This document shows positions 49,405-58,351 of a stretch of 64,000 bases of DNA, in pieces; position 1 is the first letter of the stretch; the number at the start of each line of letters is the position of its first letter. This DNA comes from Candidatus Bathyarchaeota archaeon. Lineage in GTDB: Archaea > Thermoproteota > Bathyarchaeia > Bathyarchaeales > Bathycorpusculaceae. The stretch lies in NCBI GenBank assembly GCA_963828195.1, contig CAWHDT010000007.1:256001-320000 (forward strand), given 5' to 3'. The notes beneath the pieces were generated by a model. The model made no database searches, had not been told where the DNA came from, and saw nothing but the letters and a program-made list of their open reading frames with translations. The translations under genes were made by a program, and so were the position numbers.

Positions 49405-50109
49405 ATGAAGGTTGCTGCTTTCTGGGGTGGGGGCAAAGAATGCTGCTTAGCATATTACAAGGCGACAAAGCAGGGTCACGACGTTACGTTTCTTTTGACA
49501 TGGAAGTACATGGAACCGTACGTTTTCCACAGCCTTCCAATTATGGAGATGCAGTCCAAGGCCATGAGGACGCCTCAAGTCAAAGTTGAGATTAAAAATC
49601 TTAAAGATCCCATTCAAGAAATGCATGACGCCCTCGCTCGTCTAAAAAAAGAGACCGGAATCGAAGGCATCGTAACAGGCGACATCACCGGGGTGGGATG
49701 CGCTCAAGTGCACTCTGCCTATTATGAACCTATGTGCGAGGATTTAGGCATTAAATTAGTTATGCCAATTGTGAATCCTTCAGGAAATACTTACGACGTT
49801 TTAAAAGAGGAAATATCTTCAGGTCTGCACCCCATCATGAACTGCGTAAACTCGGCTTTCTTTAGCGAAGAATGGTTAGGTCGGGAACTCAACGAAGAAT
49901 CCATCAAGGAATTAAAGGAGCTTACCGAGAAACATGACATAGGCGTCTGCAGCGAATTTGGAATAGGCTACCACACAATGGTTTTAGATGCGCCGTTCTT
50001 TAAAGAAAGGCTTGAAATCAGCAAGTTCAGCAAAGAAGTTTACCACGAAAAGAAGAGATCCTGGCTTTACTTGAACAGCAAAGAGGTTCTGCTAAAACCA
50101 AAAAAATAG
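49405..50109 (+). CDS. Dph6/MJ0570-family protein, divergent copy 2
   Basis: WGGGKEC (degenerate PP-loop), VTGDI, WLGR and CSEFGIGYHT.VLDAP.F motifs. Confidence 0.8.
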   Translation: MKVAAFWGGGKECCLAYYKATKQGHDVTFLLTWKYMEPYVFHSLPIMEMQSKAMRTPQVKVEIKNLKDPIQEMHDALARLKKETGIEGIVTGDITGVGCAQVHSAYYEPMCEDLGIKLVMPIVNPSGNTYDVLKEEISSGLHPIMNCVNSAFFSEEWLGRELNEESIKELKELTEKHDIGVCSEFGIGYHTMVLDAPFFKERLEISKFSKEVYHEKKRSWLYLNSKEVLLKPKK

Positions 50110-50146
50110 TTTTTTGACAAGTCCGTCTATCAAAAACCTAACACTT

Positions 50147-51550
50147 TTATTTGCGGCGAAACTGTTCACAACCTTTGATGAAGTTTTGGGCGAATTCTTT
50201 GCTAAATGCGAAGTCAAGGTGCCCGAGCAATGCAAGACTGTTGTATTCCATTAACCCTTCATGTTTTCCATCTATTCCTTTGCCTATCTGCATCTTGAAG
50301 GCAAACCGAGAATCTTTAGGAACCTCTGGAATCTTTGAAAAGTGATACTCGTGTCCGTGAATAACTTTTCCTGTATGAGTCAATAAATTATCGTTGATTG
50401 TCTCCATAAGAGTTGAATCCAGTGCCTGAAGCCTCTTATCCATCAAGGCTTTTCCTGGAAGCGCCCCAACCATGGAAAAAACCGATCCGTCAAAGTTCGT
50501 TATCGATTCCGCCAAATACAGAGTCCCGCCATGTTCGCTATACGTTGGCAGTCCATCTTCAATGGCATTTTTGATGCTTTTCCTCATCGTTTGGTTTTCG
50601 GCAAGTTTATCTGCTAACACATCAGGGAAGCCACCTGGAAAGTATAAACCGTCAAGATCTGGCGGCAATTTTTTGTCATGCATAGGGCTGAAAAACAATG
50701 TTTCTGCTCCGTATGCCCTAAGAAGATCAATATTTTCCTGATAATAAAAATTGAAAGCTTCATCAAGTGCCAAGCCCAATCTAACTTTTTTCTCCTTCGG
50801 CTGAAGCGGATAAACTTCGTTGACTATAGTGGGCAGTTCCTCCGCATTTTTGGCTATGTCAAGTATTTTGTCAGTGTCAATGCGTTCGCCAACATATTCA
50901 ACAAGCTTAGCAAGAGTTGTCTTCAATGTTTCTCTTTGAGAAATCGGAATAAGTCCGCCAAGCCTGGTGGGTAAGAAGATTTCCTCGCTGAAGGGAATCA
51001 CGCCAAATACAGGCACCTTCGTGTTTGATTCAACAGTTTGTTTCATCCATTCTGCCTGTGTCTTACTTCGTACATTGTTCAGGACGACGCCTTTGACTTT
51101 TACTTTTTCGTCAAACGACTCGAAACCATGAACAACGGCGGCGGCATTCATGCGCATGCCAGTAACATCTAAAACCAAAATAACATCTGCCTTCAAGATT
51201 TTGGCTATCTGCGCGGTGCTTCCAAAATCCTGTAGACCATCAATCTCGCGTGTCAGACCGTCGAAGAGCCCCATAAATCCCTCAATCACGGCTACGTCAG
51301 CGTCTATGCAGGAGTTCTCGAAAATCTCTAACACCGTTCGCGGCGATGTGAGCCAAGGATCCAAGTGCATTGAAGGTCTTTTGGCAACTTCTGTGTGATA
51401 GCCTGCGTCAAGGTAGTCTGGACCTACTTTGAAGGGTTGAACCTTAAGTCCCCTTTTCCTAAAAGCCCCCATTACTCCTGTGGCAACTGTTGTTTTACCG
51501 CCCTCGCCATAAAGGCCTGCAATAACGACTCGAGGAATGTTCATTCTCAT
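50147..51550 (-). CDS. cbiA: Cobyrinate a,c-diamide synthase (CbiA/CobB) family, GATase Cys substituted
   Basis: GKTT, FKVGPDYLD, IEGFMGLFDG, AFNFYY and GHEYH motifs. YSEHGG replaces YAECGG. Confidence 0.88.
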   Translation of the reverse strand: MRMNIPRVVIAGLYGEGGKTTVATGVMGAFRKRGLKVQPFKVGPDYLDAGYHTEVAKRPSMHLDPWLTSPRTVLEIFENSCIDADVAVIEGFMGLFDGLTREIDGLQDFGSTAQIAKILKADVILVLDVTGMRMNAAAVVHGFESFDEKVKVKGVVLNNVRSKTQAEWMKQTVESNTKVPVFGVIPFSEEIFLPTRLGGLIPISQRETLKTTLAKLVEYVGERIDTDKILDIAKNAEELPTIVNEVYPLQPKEKKVRLGLALDEAFNFYYQENIDLLRAYGAETLFFSPMHDKKLPPDLDGLYFPGGFPDVLADKLAENQTMRKSIKNAIEDGLPTYSEHGGTLYLAESITNFDGSVFSMVGALPGKALMDKRLQALDSTLMETINDNLLTHTGKVIHGHEYHFSKIPEVPKDSRFAFKMQIGKGIDGKHEGLMEYNSLALLGHLDFAFSKEFAQNFIKGCEQFRRK

Positions 51551-51750
51551 TTTTCTCCGTCAATATTTTTGACGCCCGCACATGGAGAACAGCTTAACAA
51601 TTAAGTATGCCGACTATAAGCCTTTTGCAGCGTGTAGCAAGCTTAGACAATTCGGGTTTACCTCTGCGAAAGCCGAATAATACAAAGTCCTGAGGGGATT
51701 ACTTTTAAATATTGGCTCGGTGTGGTTTAGGTGCAGTTTAAGGTGTAAAA

Positions 51751-52191
51751 ATGCCCAAGCAGGAAAAAGGGAAATCCCATTCGATCCGCCCAGTAAGCAG
51801 GCGTCCTCCAAGCTGGTGCAAGTATCAGCCTGAGGAAGTAGAGTCATTCATAATAAAACTGGCCAAGGAAGGCCAATCGATGAGTGGCATAGGCACAATC
51901 CTTAGGGATCAATATGCGATTCCACTGGTGAAACCTATTGTTGGCAAAAGCATAAGCGACGTTTTGAAAGGTGCAGGATTAGCCCCGTCGCTGCCGGAAG
52001 ATCTCTCAAATCTTATGAAGAAGGCACAGAGCCTCGCGGTCCACATGGACAAAAACAAGAAAGACCTACATAACAAACGCAACATGCAAATTATCGAAGC
52101 AAGAATCCACAAGCTCTCCAGATATTACAAGCGTGAAGGCGTCTTGCCACAGAACTGGAAGTACGCAGCTAAAATCGCTTCCGTAACCTAA
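51751..52191 (+). CDS. rps15: 30S ribosomal protein uS15 (S13e)
   Basis: GKSHS.RP, IGTILRDQY.IP, PEDL and IEARIHKLSRYYK motifs. Confidence 0.97.
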   Translation: MPKQEKGKSHSIRPVSRRPPSWCKYQPEEVESFIIKLAKEGQSMSGIGTILRDQYAIPLVKPIVGKSISDVLKGAGLAPSLPEDLSNLMKKAQSLAVHMDKNKKDLHNKRNMQIIEARIHKLSRYYKREGVLPQNWKYAAKIASVT

Positions 52192-52285
52192 ACTCTTTTT
52201 TCCTTTAGTTATCGGTTTCCTTTTTCTTTGTTGAGTCGCCAGCTTTAAATTCAATCAGCCCCTTTAGCCAACAAGTGACCTGAGC

Positions 52286-53752
52286 ATGGCTGTGCAGCAA
52301 GAATCAATAGAGCGTTTTTTAGCTTCAGCGGCAGAGGCATCAAAAGTAATTCAGGAAACAGTCCAGAAAGACGGGTTTATCCATTGTTTTTCACATTTGG
52401 ACGCCGACGGAATCGCCGCTGCAGGCGTAATAGGAAAAGCTCTCTATCGCCTTGACGCCAAGTTCAGAATAAGGATCACCCAGCAGCTTGACGAGAAAAT
52501 CGTCGGTGAAATCGCTGCTGATAAGGCGCAGCTTGTGATTTTAACGGATTTTGGAAGCGGCCAACTTGACCTGTTAAACGAGAAAATACCAAATGTTAAG
52601 GTTCTTATCCTTGACCATCACCAACCAAACGGCGCTTCAAATAACGAAAAATTTGTTCAGGTCAACCCTCATATTTTCGGCATTGACGGAGCAACTGATG
52701 TTAGCGGCTCAGGCGTAACTTACTTTGTAGCTAAAGCGTTGAATCGGGAGAATGTGGATCTGTCGCCGATCGCGTTGGTGGGTGCTTTAGGTGACATGCA
52801 GGACAAGTATGAGCAGAGAAGCCTGTGCTGCTTGAACGAGATAATCGTGAACGATGCAGTGGCTGCGGGCTTGCTTAGAGTTGAGAAAGATTTAACGTTC
52901 TTCGGCAGAGAAACCCGAGCTATCCATAAAACATTGGCTACAACGACTAACCCGTTTATTCCTGGCTTAAGCGGAGAAGAAGATAAAGCACTTGTTTTCC
53001 TTGCAAACCTGAACATTCCCATCAAACAAGGAGAAAAATGGCGGGCACTCCGCGACCTAAACGAAGATGAAAAGAAACGTTTATGCTCAGCTTTAGCTGA
53101 CCACTTGTTATCTAAGGGGTTACATCTGGAAGTTGAGAACCTCATAGGGTACATTTACATTTTAACCAAAGAAGAACCAAACACTGCGCTGCGTGATGCA
53201 AGGGAATTTGCTGTTGTATTGAACTCGACGGGACGCATGGACAGACCAAGTCTTGGCATTGCAATCTGCATGGGAGACCGCAAAACAGCGCTTGAGGAAT
53301 CCAACAAGATACTGGATGATTACCGCAAAAACATAAACAAGTATCTCAGCTGGGTAGCTGAAAAGCCTGAACGCATGCGAGAACTCCAAAACATCTACGT
53401 CATCTACGGCGAGAACTTCATCAACGAAAAAATCGTTGGAACCGTCTCCTCAATAATCGTCTCGGGACTCGCGAACCCAGAAAAACCGCTTATAGCATTC
53501 GCCAACGTAGAAAAAGAACAAGCGTCTAAATTTTCTGCAAGAACAACCGAAGCAGCAATCCGAAAAGGCGTAAACTTGGGCAACGTTATGCGGTTAGCTT
53601 CGGAAGCATATGGCGGCAAAGGCGGAGGACACAATATAGCGGCAGGTGCCCAGGTGCCCACAGAAAAGATTGGAGACTTCATCAAATCCGTTGATGAACT
53701 AGTCGGCAGACAGTTGAAGGGTGAGAAAGTTGGAAGCGAAAATAACTCTTGA
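52286..53752 (+). CDS. DHH/RecJ-like phosphoesterase
   Basis: SHLDADG, DFGSG, DHH and GGGHNIAAGA motifs. Conserved rps15 neighbour. Confidence 0.92.
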   Translation: MAVQQESIERFLASAAEASKVIQETVQKDGFIHCFSHLDADGIAAAGVIGKALYRLDAKFRIRITQQLDEKIVGEIAADKAQLVILTDFGSGQLDLLNEKIPNVKVLILDHHQPNGASNNEKFVQVNPHIFGIDGATDVSGSGVTYFVAKALNRENVDLSPIALVGALGDMQDKYEQRSLCCLNEIIVNDAVAAGLLRVEKDLTFFGRETRAIHKTLATTTNPFIPGLSGEEDKALVFLANLNIPIKQGEKWRALRDLNEDEKKRLCSALADHLLSKGLHLEVENLIGYIYILTKEEPNTALRDAREFAVVLNSTGRMDRPSLGIAICMGDRKTALEESNKILDDYRKNINKYLSWVAEKPERMRELQNIYVIYGENFINEKIVGTVSSIIVSGLANPEKPLIAFANVEKEQASKFSARTTEAAIRKGVNLGNVMRLASEAYGGKGGGHNIAAGAQVPTEKIGDFIKSVDELVGRQLKGEKVGSENNS

Positions 53753-53972
53753 GTACGCTGACGAAAAAACGGCTGAGGCAATCGCCGACGCAGTGTCCCC
53801 TGACAACTTCAAAACGCCCGTTGGACTGCAAGTGAAAACACTTCGAGTGGAAAAGAAAGTAGTAACAAACATTGAGTGGGAAGGCAAAATAGCCACTTTC
53901 ACCGCCACCATCGACGACCTGCTTTTCAGCGCATCAACAGCGGAAAAAACACTCAAAACAATCACAAAGTAA
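53721..53972 (+). CDS. pcc1: KEOPS subunit Pcc1
   Basis: A.AI..AVSPDN and ATIDDLL pattern in rps15-DHH-pcc1 order. Confidence 0.85.
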   Translation: MRKLEAKITLEYADEKTAEAIADAVSPDNFKTPVGLQVKTLRVEKKVVTNIEWEGKIATFTATIDDLLFSASTAEKTLKTITK

Positions 53973-53997
53973 AATATTCGACAATAAGCCTGCACTT

Positions 53998-54185
53998 TGC
54001 TGAATCATGTTTGAAGCCTAATAGGCGCATCTAGTAGACCCTGAAGCCTTTTTTGCATAATCGGCGTTTTTCAAGTCCCGCCTAAATCTTCAAAGTAAGC
54101 TCTAAACCAAAAAACCAACTAAAACAAACCTGATCCTAAACCCGCCTACCTACAGAGGGGTCTAGTATTTACACCAAAAAACCAA
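53998..54185 (-). repeat. Dispersed repeat family B, copy 3 (blocks 2+3, inverted)
   Basis: Minus strand TTTTTTGGTGTAAATACTAGACCCCTCTGTAGGTAGG, then ~100 nt later GGTCTACTAGATGCGCCTATTAGGCTTCAAACATGATTCAGCA. Confidence 0.8.
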
Positions 54186-54332
54186 CGCAAAAAACTAAGA
54201 CAACAAACAATAGCATAGATATGCGCAAAGTTTATGGAAGCTTGAGGGTTTGTTTGCCGTTTAACTTACGGTCGAATTATGGTGTGAAACACTGCAAAGT
54301 AAATAAATAAGCGAACACAACATTAACGAAAC

Positions 54333-56162
54333 TTGGACTTGGTGAATTCAGTGAAACGAACCCATGCATTATTCATGATTGCGGTTTCCTTGTTACTAGT
54401 TTCCACCTCAACTGTTTTACTTTGCGGAGGAGCTTTTGCCCAAACCGCAGGTTACAGTATCACCCAGGTTGATCACCAGGTCACTGTAATGTATTCTGGA
54501 CAAGTAGTCATCCAAGATACAATATTCGTTTCAGGGCAAATCAGCAACAGCTTTGTCATGGGGATGCCTTTTTCCTACAGTGCAGATATCCTCAAAGCTG
54601 TGGCTTACGACGCAAACAACGTTTACCAAGTAAGTTTAGGAGTTCCGATAGCTAACCAAAGCGGATTTTACGGCGCACAGGTAAATTTCAACGGACAAAC
54701 ACCAAGCGTTTTCACGGTAGCATTTATTTTGTCCAGCAATCTTCTTGCCCAGCAAGATGCCAACGACTACACGCTTAATTTTCCGGCTTACCCCGTCCTC
54801 ACACAAAACGCCGCCGTCTGCAACGTAACCATAGTTCTGCCAAGCACACCTCAAGGCATAACCATAACCAAAAACGACGGAACGGTAACCTCAGAAAACT
54901 ATATCGCGCAAAACTTGGCAGCATACACGTATTCTCCTGCGTCAGCGGCTATTCAAATTTACAATGGATCTATACAGCAAGCCAATATAAACCAGCTAAA
55001 CCGCCAAATAACAATTGATCCAGCTGGCAAAGTAACATCTTCAGACAGTTATACGATTATAAACAACTCGACATTGGCGATGACGTCATTTATTTTAGAT
55101 TTACCAGGCAATGCCGCAAACCTTGTAGTGAAAGATGAAACAGGAACAGTATTAGGGACGAGCACCAGCTATTCAAACATAAACGATTTGCTTGCCAATA
55201 CCACTTTAACTACATCCCTATCAACCGATCAATCCGTCAGTATAACTGCCACTTACAATTTACCAAGTGCAACCATCAAAGGGTCCCAATACACACTGAG
55301 CAACTTTGAACTTTTCCCAGATTTCAATTATTACGTTAACCAGGCAAGTTTCACGTTTAATCCTCCACAGGGAGCATCAATTGTAACACCAAAGTTATCG
55401 TCCCTTGATTCCTCCAGTTCTTTAACAAGAAATACCTTCCAAGACACCCTTACCATAATGAGAGAGGGGTTAAGCTTCGTTGATTACAGCCTCCCAGAAG
55501 GCAATGCTTTGCAATTATCGTATAATTATAATCCGGTTTGGGTTTCTTTTTTACCCACCCTGTGGGTTTCACTTGCGGCAGTTATTGGATGTATAGGTGC
55601 TGTGTTCTATAAGAACCGCAAACCATACGAAAAAGAACCAATTAAAACCAGAAAAGAAAAGATTTCAACTCCAAAACCAACTGCAGCAACAAGCACATCT
55701 CAACAACCACAAACTTTTGAGCCCATTGCTGGTCAACGTATCACTCAGGAAAACCTCAGAGAGTTCACCGAAGCTTACGAAGACAAAAAACGGTTAAGTG
55801 CAGAAATAAGATCGTTAGATTTAAGAGCACAAAAAGGAAAGATTCCCAGACGCCAATACAAAGTTCAACGCAGAGCTATAGAAATCCGTTTAGAAACAAT
55901 TACAAGAACTACAAGCAGGCTAAAAGAGGTATTCCGAAGTTCAGGCAGCACTTATGCAGATTTAATTAAACAACTAGACTCTGCTGAAGCAGACTTAACC
56001 GACGCTGAAAATAACATCAAAAACTTGGAAACGCAGCAAAGCAAAGGAGAAATTTCGATAGAGATGTACAAGAAAAACATTGCAGACAACCAAAAACGCA
56101 GAGACAAAGCAGATTCATCTATAAACGGAATACTGCTAAGACTACGTGAAAAAACTCACTAA
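54333..56162 (+). CDS. Ribophorin-I (OST alpha subunit)-like type I membrane protein
   Basis: Signal peptide, beta-rich ectodomain (LNRQITIDPAGKV...LPGNAANLVVKDETG), one TM and a cytoplasmic helical bundle. Confidence 0.6.
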   Translation: MDLVNSVKRTHALFMIAVSLLLVSTSTVLLCGGAFAQTAGYSITQVDHQVTVMYSGQVVIQDTIFVSGQISNSFVMGMPFSYSADILKAVAYDANNVYQVSLGVPIANQSGFYGAQVNFNGQTPSVFTVAFILSSNLLAQQDANDYTLNFPAYPVLTQNAAVCNVTIVLPSTPQGITITKNDGTVTSENYIAQNLAAYTYSPASAAIQIYNGSIQQANINQLNRQITIDPAGKVTSSDSYTIINNSTLAMTSFILDLPGNAANLVVKDETGTVLGTSTSYSNINDLLANTTLTTSLSTDQSVSITATYNLPSATIKGSQYTLSNFELFPDFNYYVNQASFTFNPPQGASIVTPKLSSLDSSSSLTRNTFQDTLTIMREGLSFVDYSLPEGNALQLSYNYNPVWVSFLPTLWVSLAAVIGCIGAVFYKNRKPYEKEPIKTRKEKISTPKPTAATSTSQQPQTFEPIAGQRITQENLREFTEAYEDKKRLSAEIRSLDLRAQKGKIPRRQYKVQRRAIEIRLETITRTTSRLKEVFRSSGSTYADLIKQLDSAEADLTDAENNIKNLETQQSKGEISIEMYKKNIADNQKRRDKADSSINGILLRLREKTH

Positions 56163-56223
56163 AAAACCTAAACCCTTTTATTTTACGCCCTAGCTTTTCA
56201 ATAAAATTCAGAGGTAAACAAAT

Positions 56224-56403
56224 ATGGTAAAAATAGTTGTCGATCCCAAATGCACCGGATGCGAAACATGCGTAAACACTTGCCCCGTAGGCGTTTATGA
56301 AATCAAAGACGGCAAATCTACACCATCCAAAGTAAGCGAATGCCTAGTCTGCAGAGCATGTGAAGCTCAATGTCCTGAAGGTGCAATTCAAGTAATCGAG
56401 TAA
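56224..56403 (+). CDS. 2[4Fe-4S] ferredoxin (59 aa; not in ORF track)
   Basis: MVKIVVDPKCTGCETCVNTCPVG...CLVCRACEAQCPEGAI. GAGGT RBS upstream. Confidence 0.95.
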   Translation: MVKIVVDPKCTGCETCVNTCPVGVYEIKDGKSTPSKVSECLVCRACEAQCPEGAIQVIE

Positions 56404-56430
56404 ATTCAAGCTCACATTGAATTGCGCACG

Positions 56431-56470
56431 CAGCTCTCAAACAATAGTTGAGAGACTGTTCCCTTTTTAT
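56431..56470 (+). terminator. Hairpin plus T-tract after ferredoxin
   Basis: CTCTCAA-acaatag-TTGAGAG followed by CCCTTTTTAT. Confidence 0.45.
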
Positions 56471-56637
56471 TAATTAATTAGTTTATTCTCGTGACCGTTG
56501 CAGGTGTGCTGGGTTATATTACAATAAAGCAGTAGGCTATTCATAAAATCTAATGATGAAAACTTTGATGTTTAATGCTTGGCAGTGATTTGAATGTTGT
56601 TTGTGTTATTCATTTTTCAAGGCTGTTGTGAACTGAT

Positions 56638-56871
56638 TTAATCTTCAATATCTCTTAAAAACCTCATAATTTTTTCGATTTGCTTTACAGTAGCGTAGTT
56701 AATTTTTTGTTGTTCTTCCTCGATGTTTATGAGCGAAATATCAGTTACCATAGCCAACGAATAGGCTGCTTTTGCTATAACGATTATGTCTGCAGATACT
56801 TCGAACTTCGAAGCAGGATGAACCCCGAGGTTGCGCATTTTAACATTTTTATGTATTTTTAATCGCGTCAA
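56638..56871 (-). CDS. Small hypothetical protein (uncertain)
   Basis: 77-aa ORF in an otherwise empty AT-rich gap. No motif recognised. Confidence 0.3.
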   Translation of the reverse strand: MTRLKIHKNVKMRNLGVHPASKFEVSADIIVIAKAAYSLAMVTDISLINIEEEQQKINYATVKQIEKIMRFLRDIED

Positions 56872-57005
56872 TGAAGCAAAATTGCATTTTATCAGATTCT
56901 TGTTACCTTGTTAGTCCACTGGAGGCACAGAAAAACATTTTTCATGGAAAATGCGTCTATTTGACAAGTAAAAGTTATATGTTAAAATGAGGCTTCATCT
57001 TGCTT

Positions 57006-57281
57006 ATGGCAGATAAAATTCACTGTGCACACATACTTGTCAAGACAGAAACAGAGGCAAAAAACATCAAGGCCCGACTTGATAAAGGTGAAAAATTCGG
57101 CGCCCTCGCCAAAAACGTGTCGCTCTGCCCATCCGCAAAGAACAGCGGAGACCTGGGCACTTTCACAAGGGGCAAAATGGTTAAGGAGTTTGAGAAAGCC
57201 GCTTTTGCGCTTGAGAAAGGGCAAACTTCTGGCCCTGTAAAAACGCAATTTGGGTACCACATAATTAAACGATTAGAATAA
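57006..57281 (+). CDS. ppiC: Parvulin peptidyl-prolyl isomerase
   Basis: CAHILV, SLCPS...GDLG, MVKEFE and TQFGYHII motifs. Confidence 0.95.
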   Translation: MADKIHCAHILVKTETEAKNIKARLDKGEKFGALAKNVSLCPSAKNSGDLGTFTRGKMVKEFEKAAFALEKGQTSGPVKTQFGYHIIKRLE

Positions 57282-57310
57282 ACACTGCACAAATCGGTTT
57301 AACGACGTGA

Positions 57311-58162
57311 TTATAACCTGAAAACTAGATACAGTAAACCGCTTGTTATCGCTATTATTCCAAGCGCGGTTATCAAGTAAATTATTTTCGATTTTCCCGC
57401 AATTTTGATTAGAAAATCGATTAAGAACAAACTTACAACCGTGGCAACAATAATAGCAACTATGATTCCGCCCAAACCAATCACAGAGACTGCGGCGGAA
57501 ACATTCGCCTTTGAGGCGATAAGAGTTAACCCGAAAGCGCCGATAGACGCAAAAATGCCTACAACAAACGATAATCTGAAAGCCTCGTCGGGCTCAACAT
57601 CCAGCAGCAGCATGGCGCTCGTTGTGGTTCCTGACCTGCTAACCCCGGGCAAAGCTGATATTCCCTGCACGATTCCGATTAAGATGTAATCTTTGAGTGA
57701 TAGGTTTTCCAGTTTTCTTGAGTTAATTCCTTTTTCACGTTTCTGCCTTGAGTATCGTATGAGCGCAGCGTCAGCGAGGAGAACCAGCCCCACTATGAGC
57801 ATGGGTATGCCTAATGCGATTCCGCTTATGGAGTCGGCGACGAGGTAGAGCGGAACGGCTATAATGCCCGTGATTACTGTTACAACCACCACGTAGATGA
57901 GGAGTTTTCTGTCCATCTGATTTTTTGAACCCAGCAGCACCTGCACCATTTTAAGTAGGTCTTTTCTAAAGTAAACAACTGCAGCGAATATCGTGCCTAT
58001 TTCCATGAATAAGCCAAAGGTGTATGCCTGCTGAAACGTCAGTTTAAGGAGATACGTGGAGGAAACGATAATTTGGGTTTTGCTGCTTATAGGCAGCCAC
58101 TCAGAAATGCCCTGGATTAATCCTATTATCGCGGCATAGATTAAATGGAGGATAGCTGACAC
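57311..58162 (-). CDS. uppP: Undecaprenyl-diphosphate phosphatase (BacA/UppP family)
   Basis: QGISEWLPISS and QG..ALPGVSRSGTT motifs. Confidence 0.9.
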   Translation of the reverse strand: MSAILHLIYAAIIGLIQGISEWLPISSKTQIIVSSTYLLKLTFQQAYTFGLFMEIGTIFAAVVYFRKDLLKMVQVLLGSKNQMDRKLLIYVVVVTVITGIIAVPLYLVADSISGIALGIPMLIVGLVLLADAALIRYSRQKREKGINSRKLENLSLKDYILIGIVQGISALPGVSRSGTTTSAMLLLDVEPDEAFRLSFVVGIFASIGAFGLTLIASKANVSAAVSVIGLGGIIVAIIVATVVSLFLIDFLIKIAGKSKIIYLITALGIIAITSGLLYLVFRL

Positions 58163-58351
58163 GTATTATCAGCCATTGTGAAAGCCCGACAAGCTATAAA
58201 GATTTTCATGTTTTATCGTCTCCTTTACGTGTTAAAGTCGAATCGTATCGCCAAACATCGGTCAGCTGTTTTCCTGCGGTAGATGGGCGAATATATATCT
58301 TTTTTAGACACATTTATATTGTAAGCAACCAAACACTCAGAGAGAAAAGCT

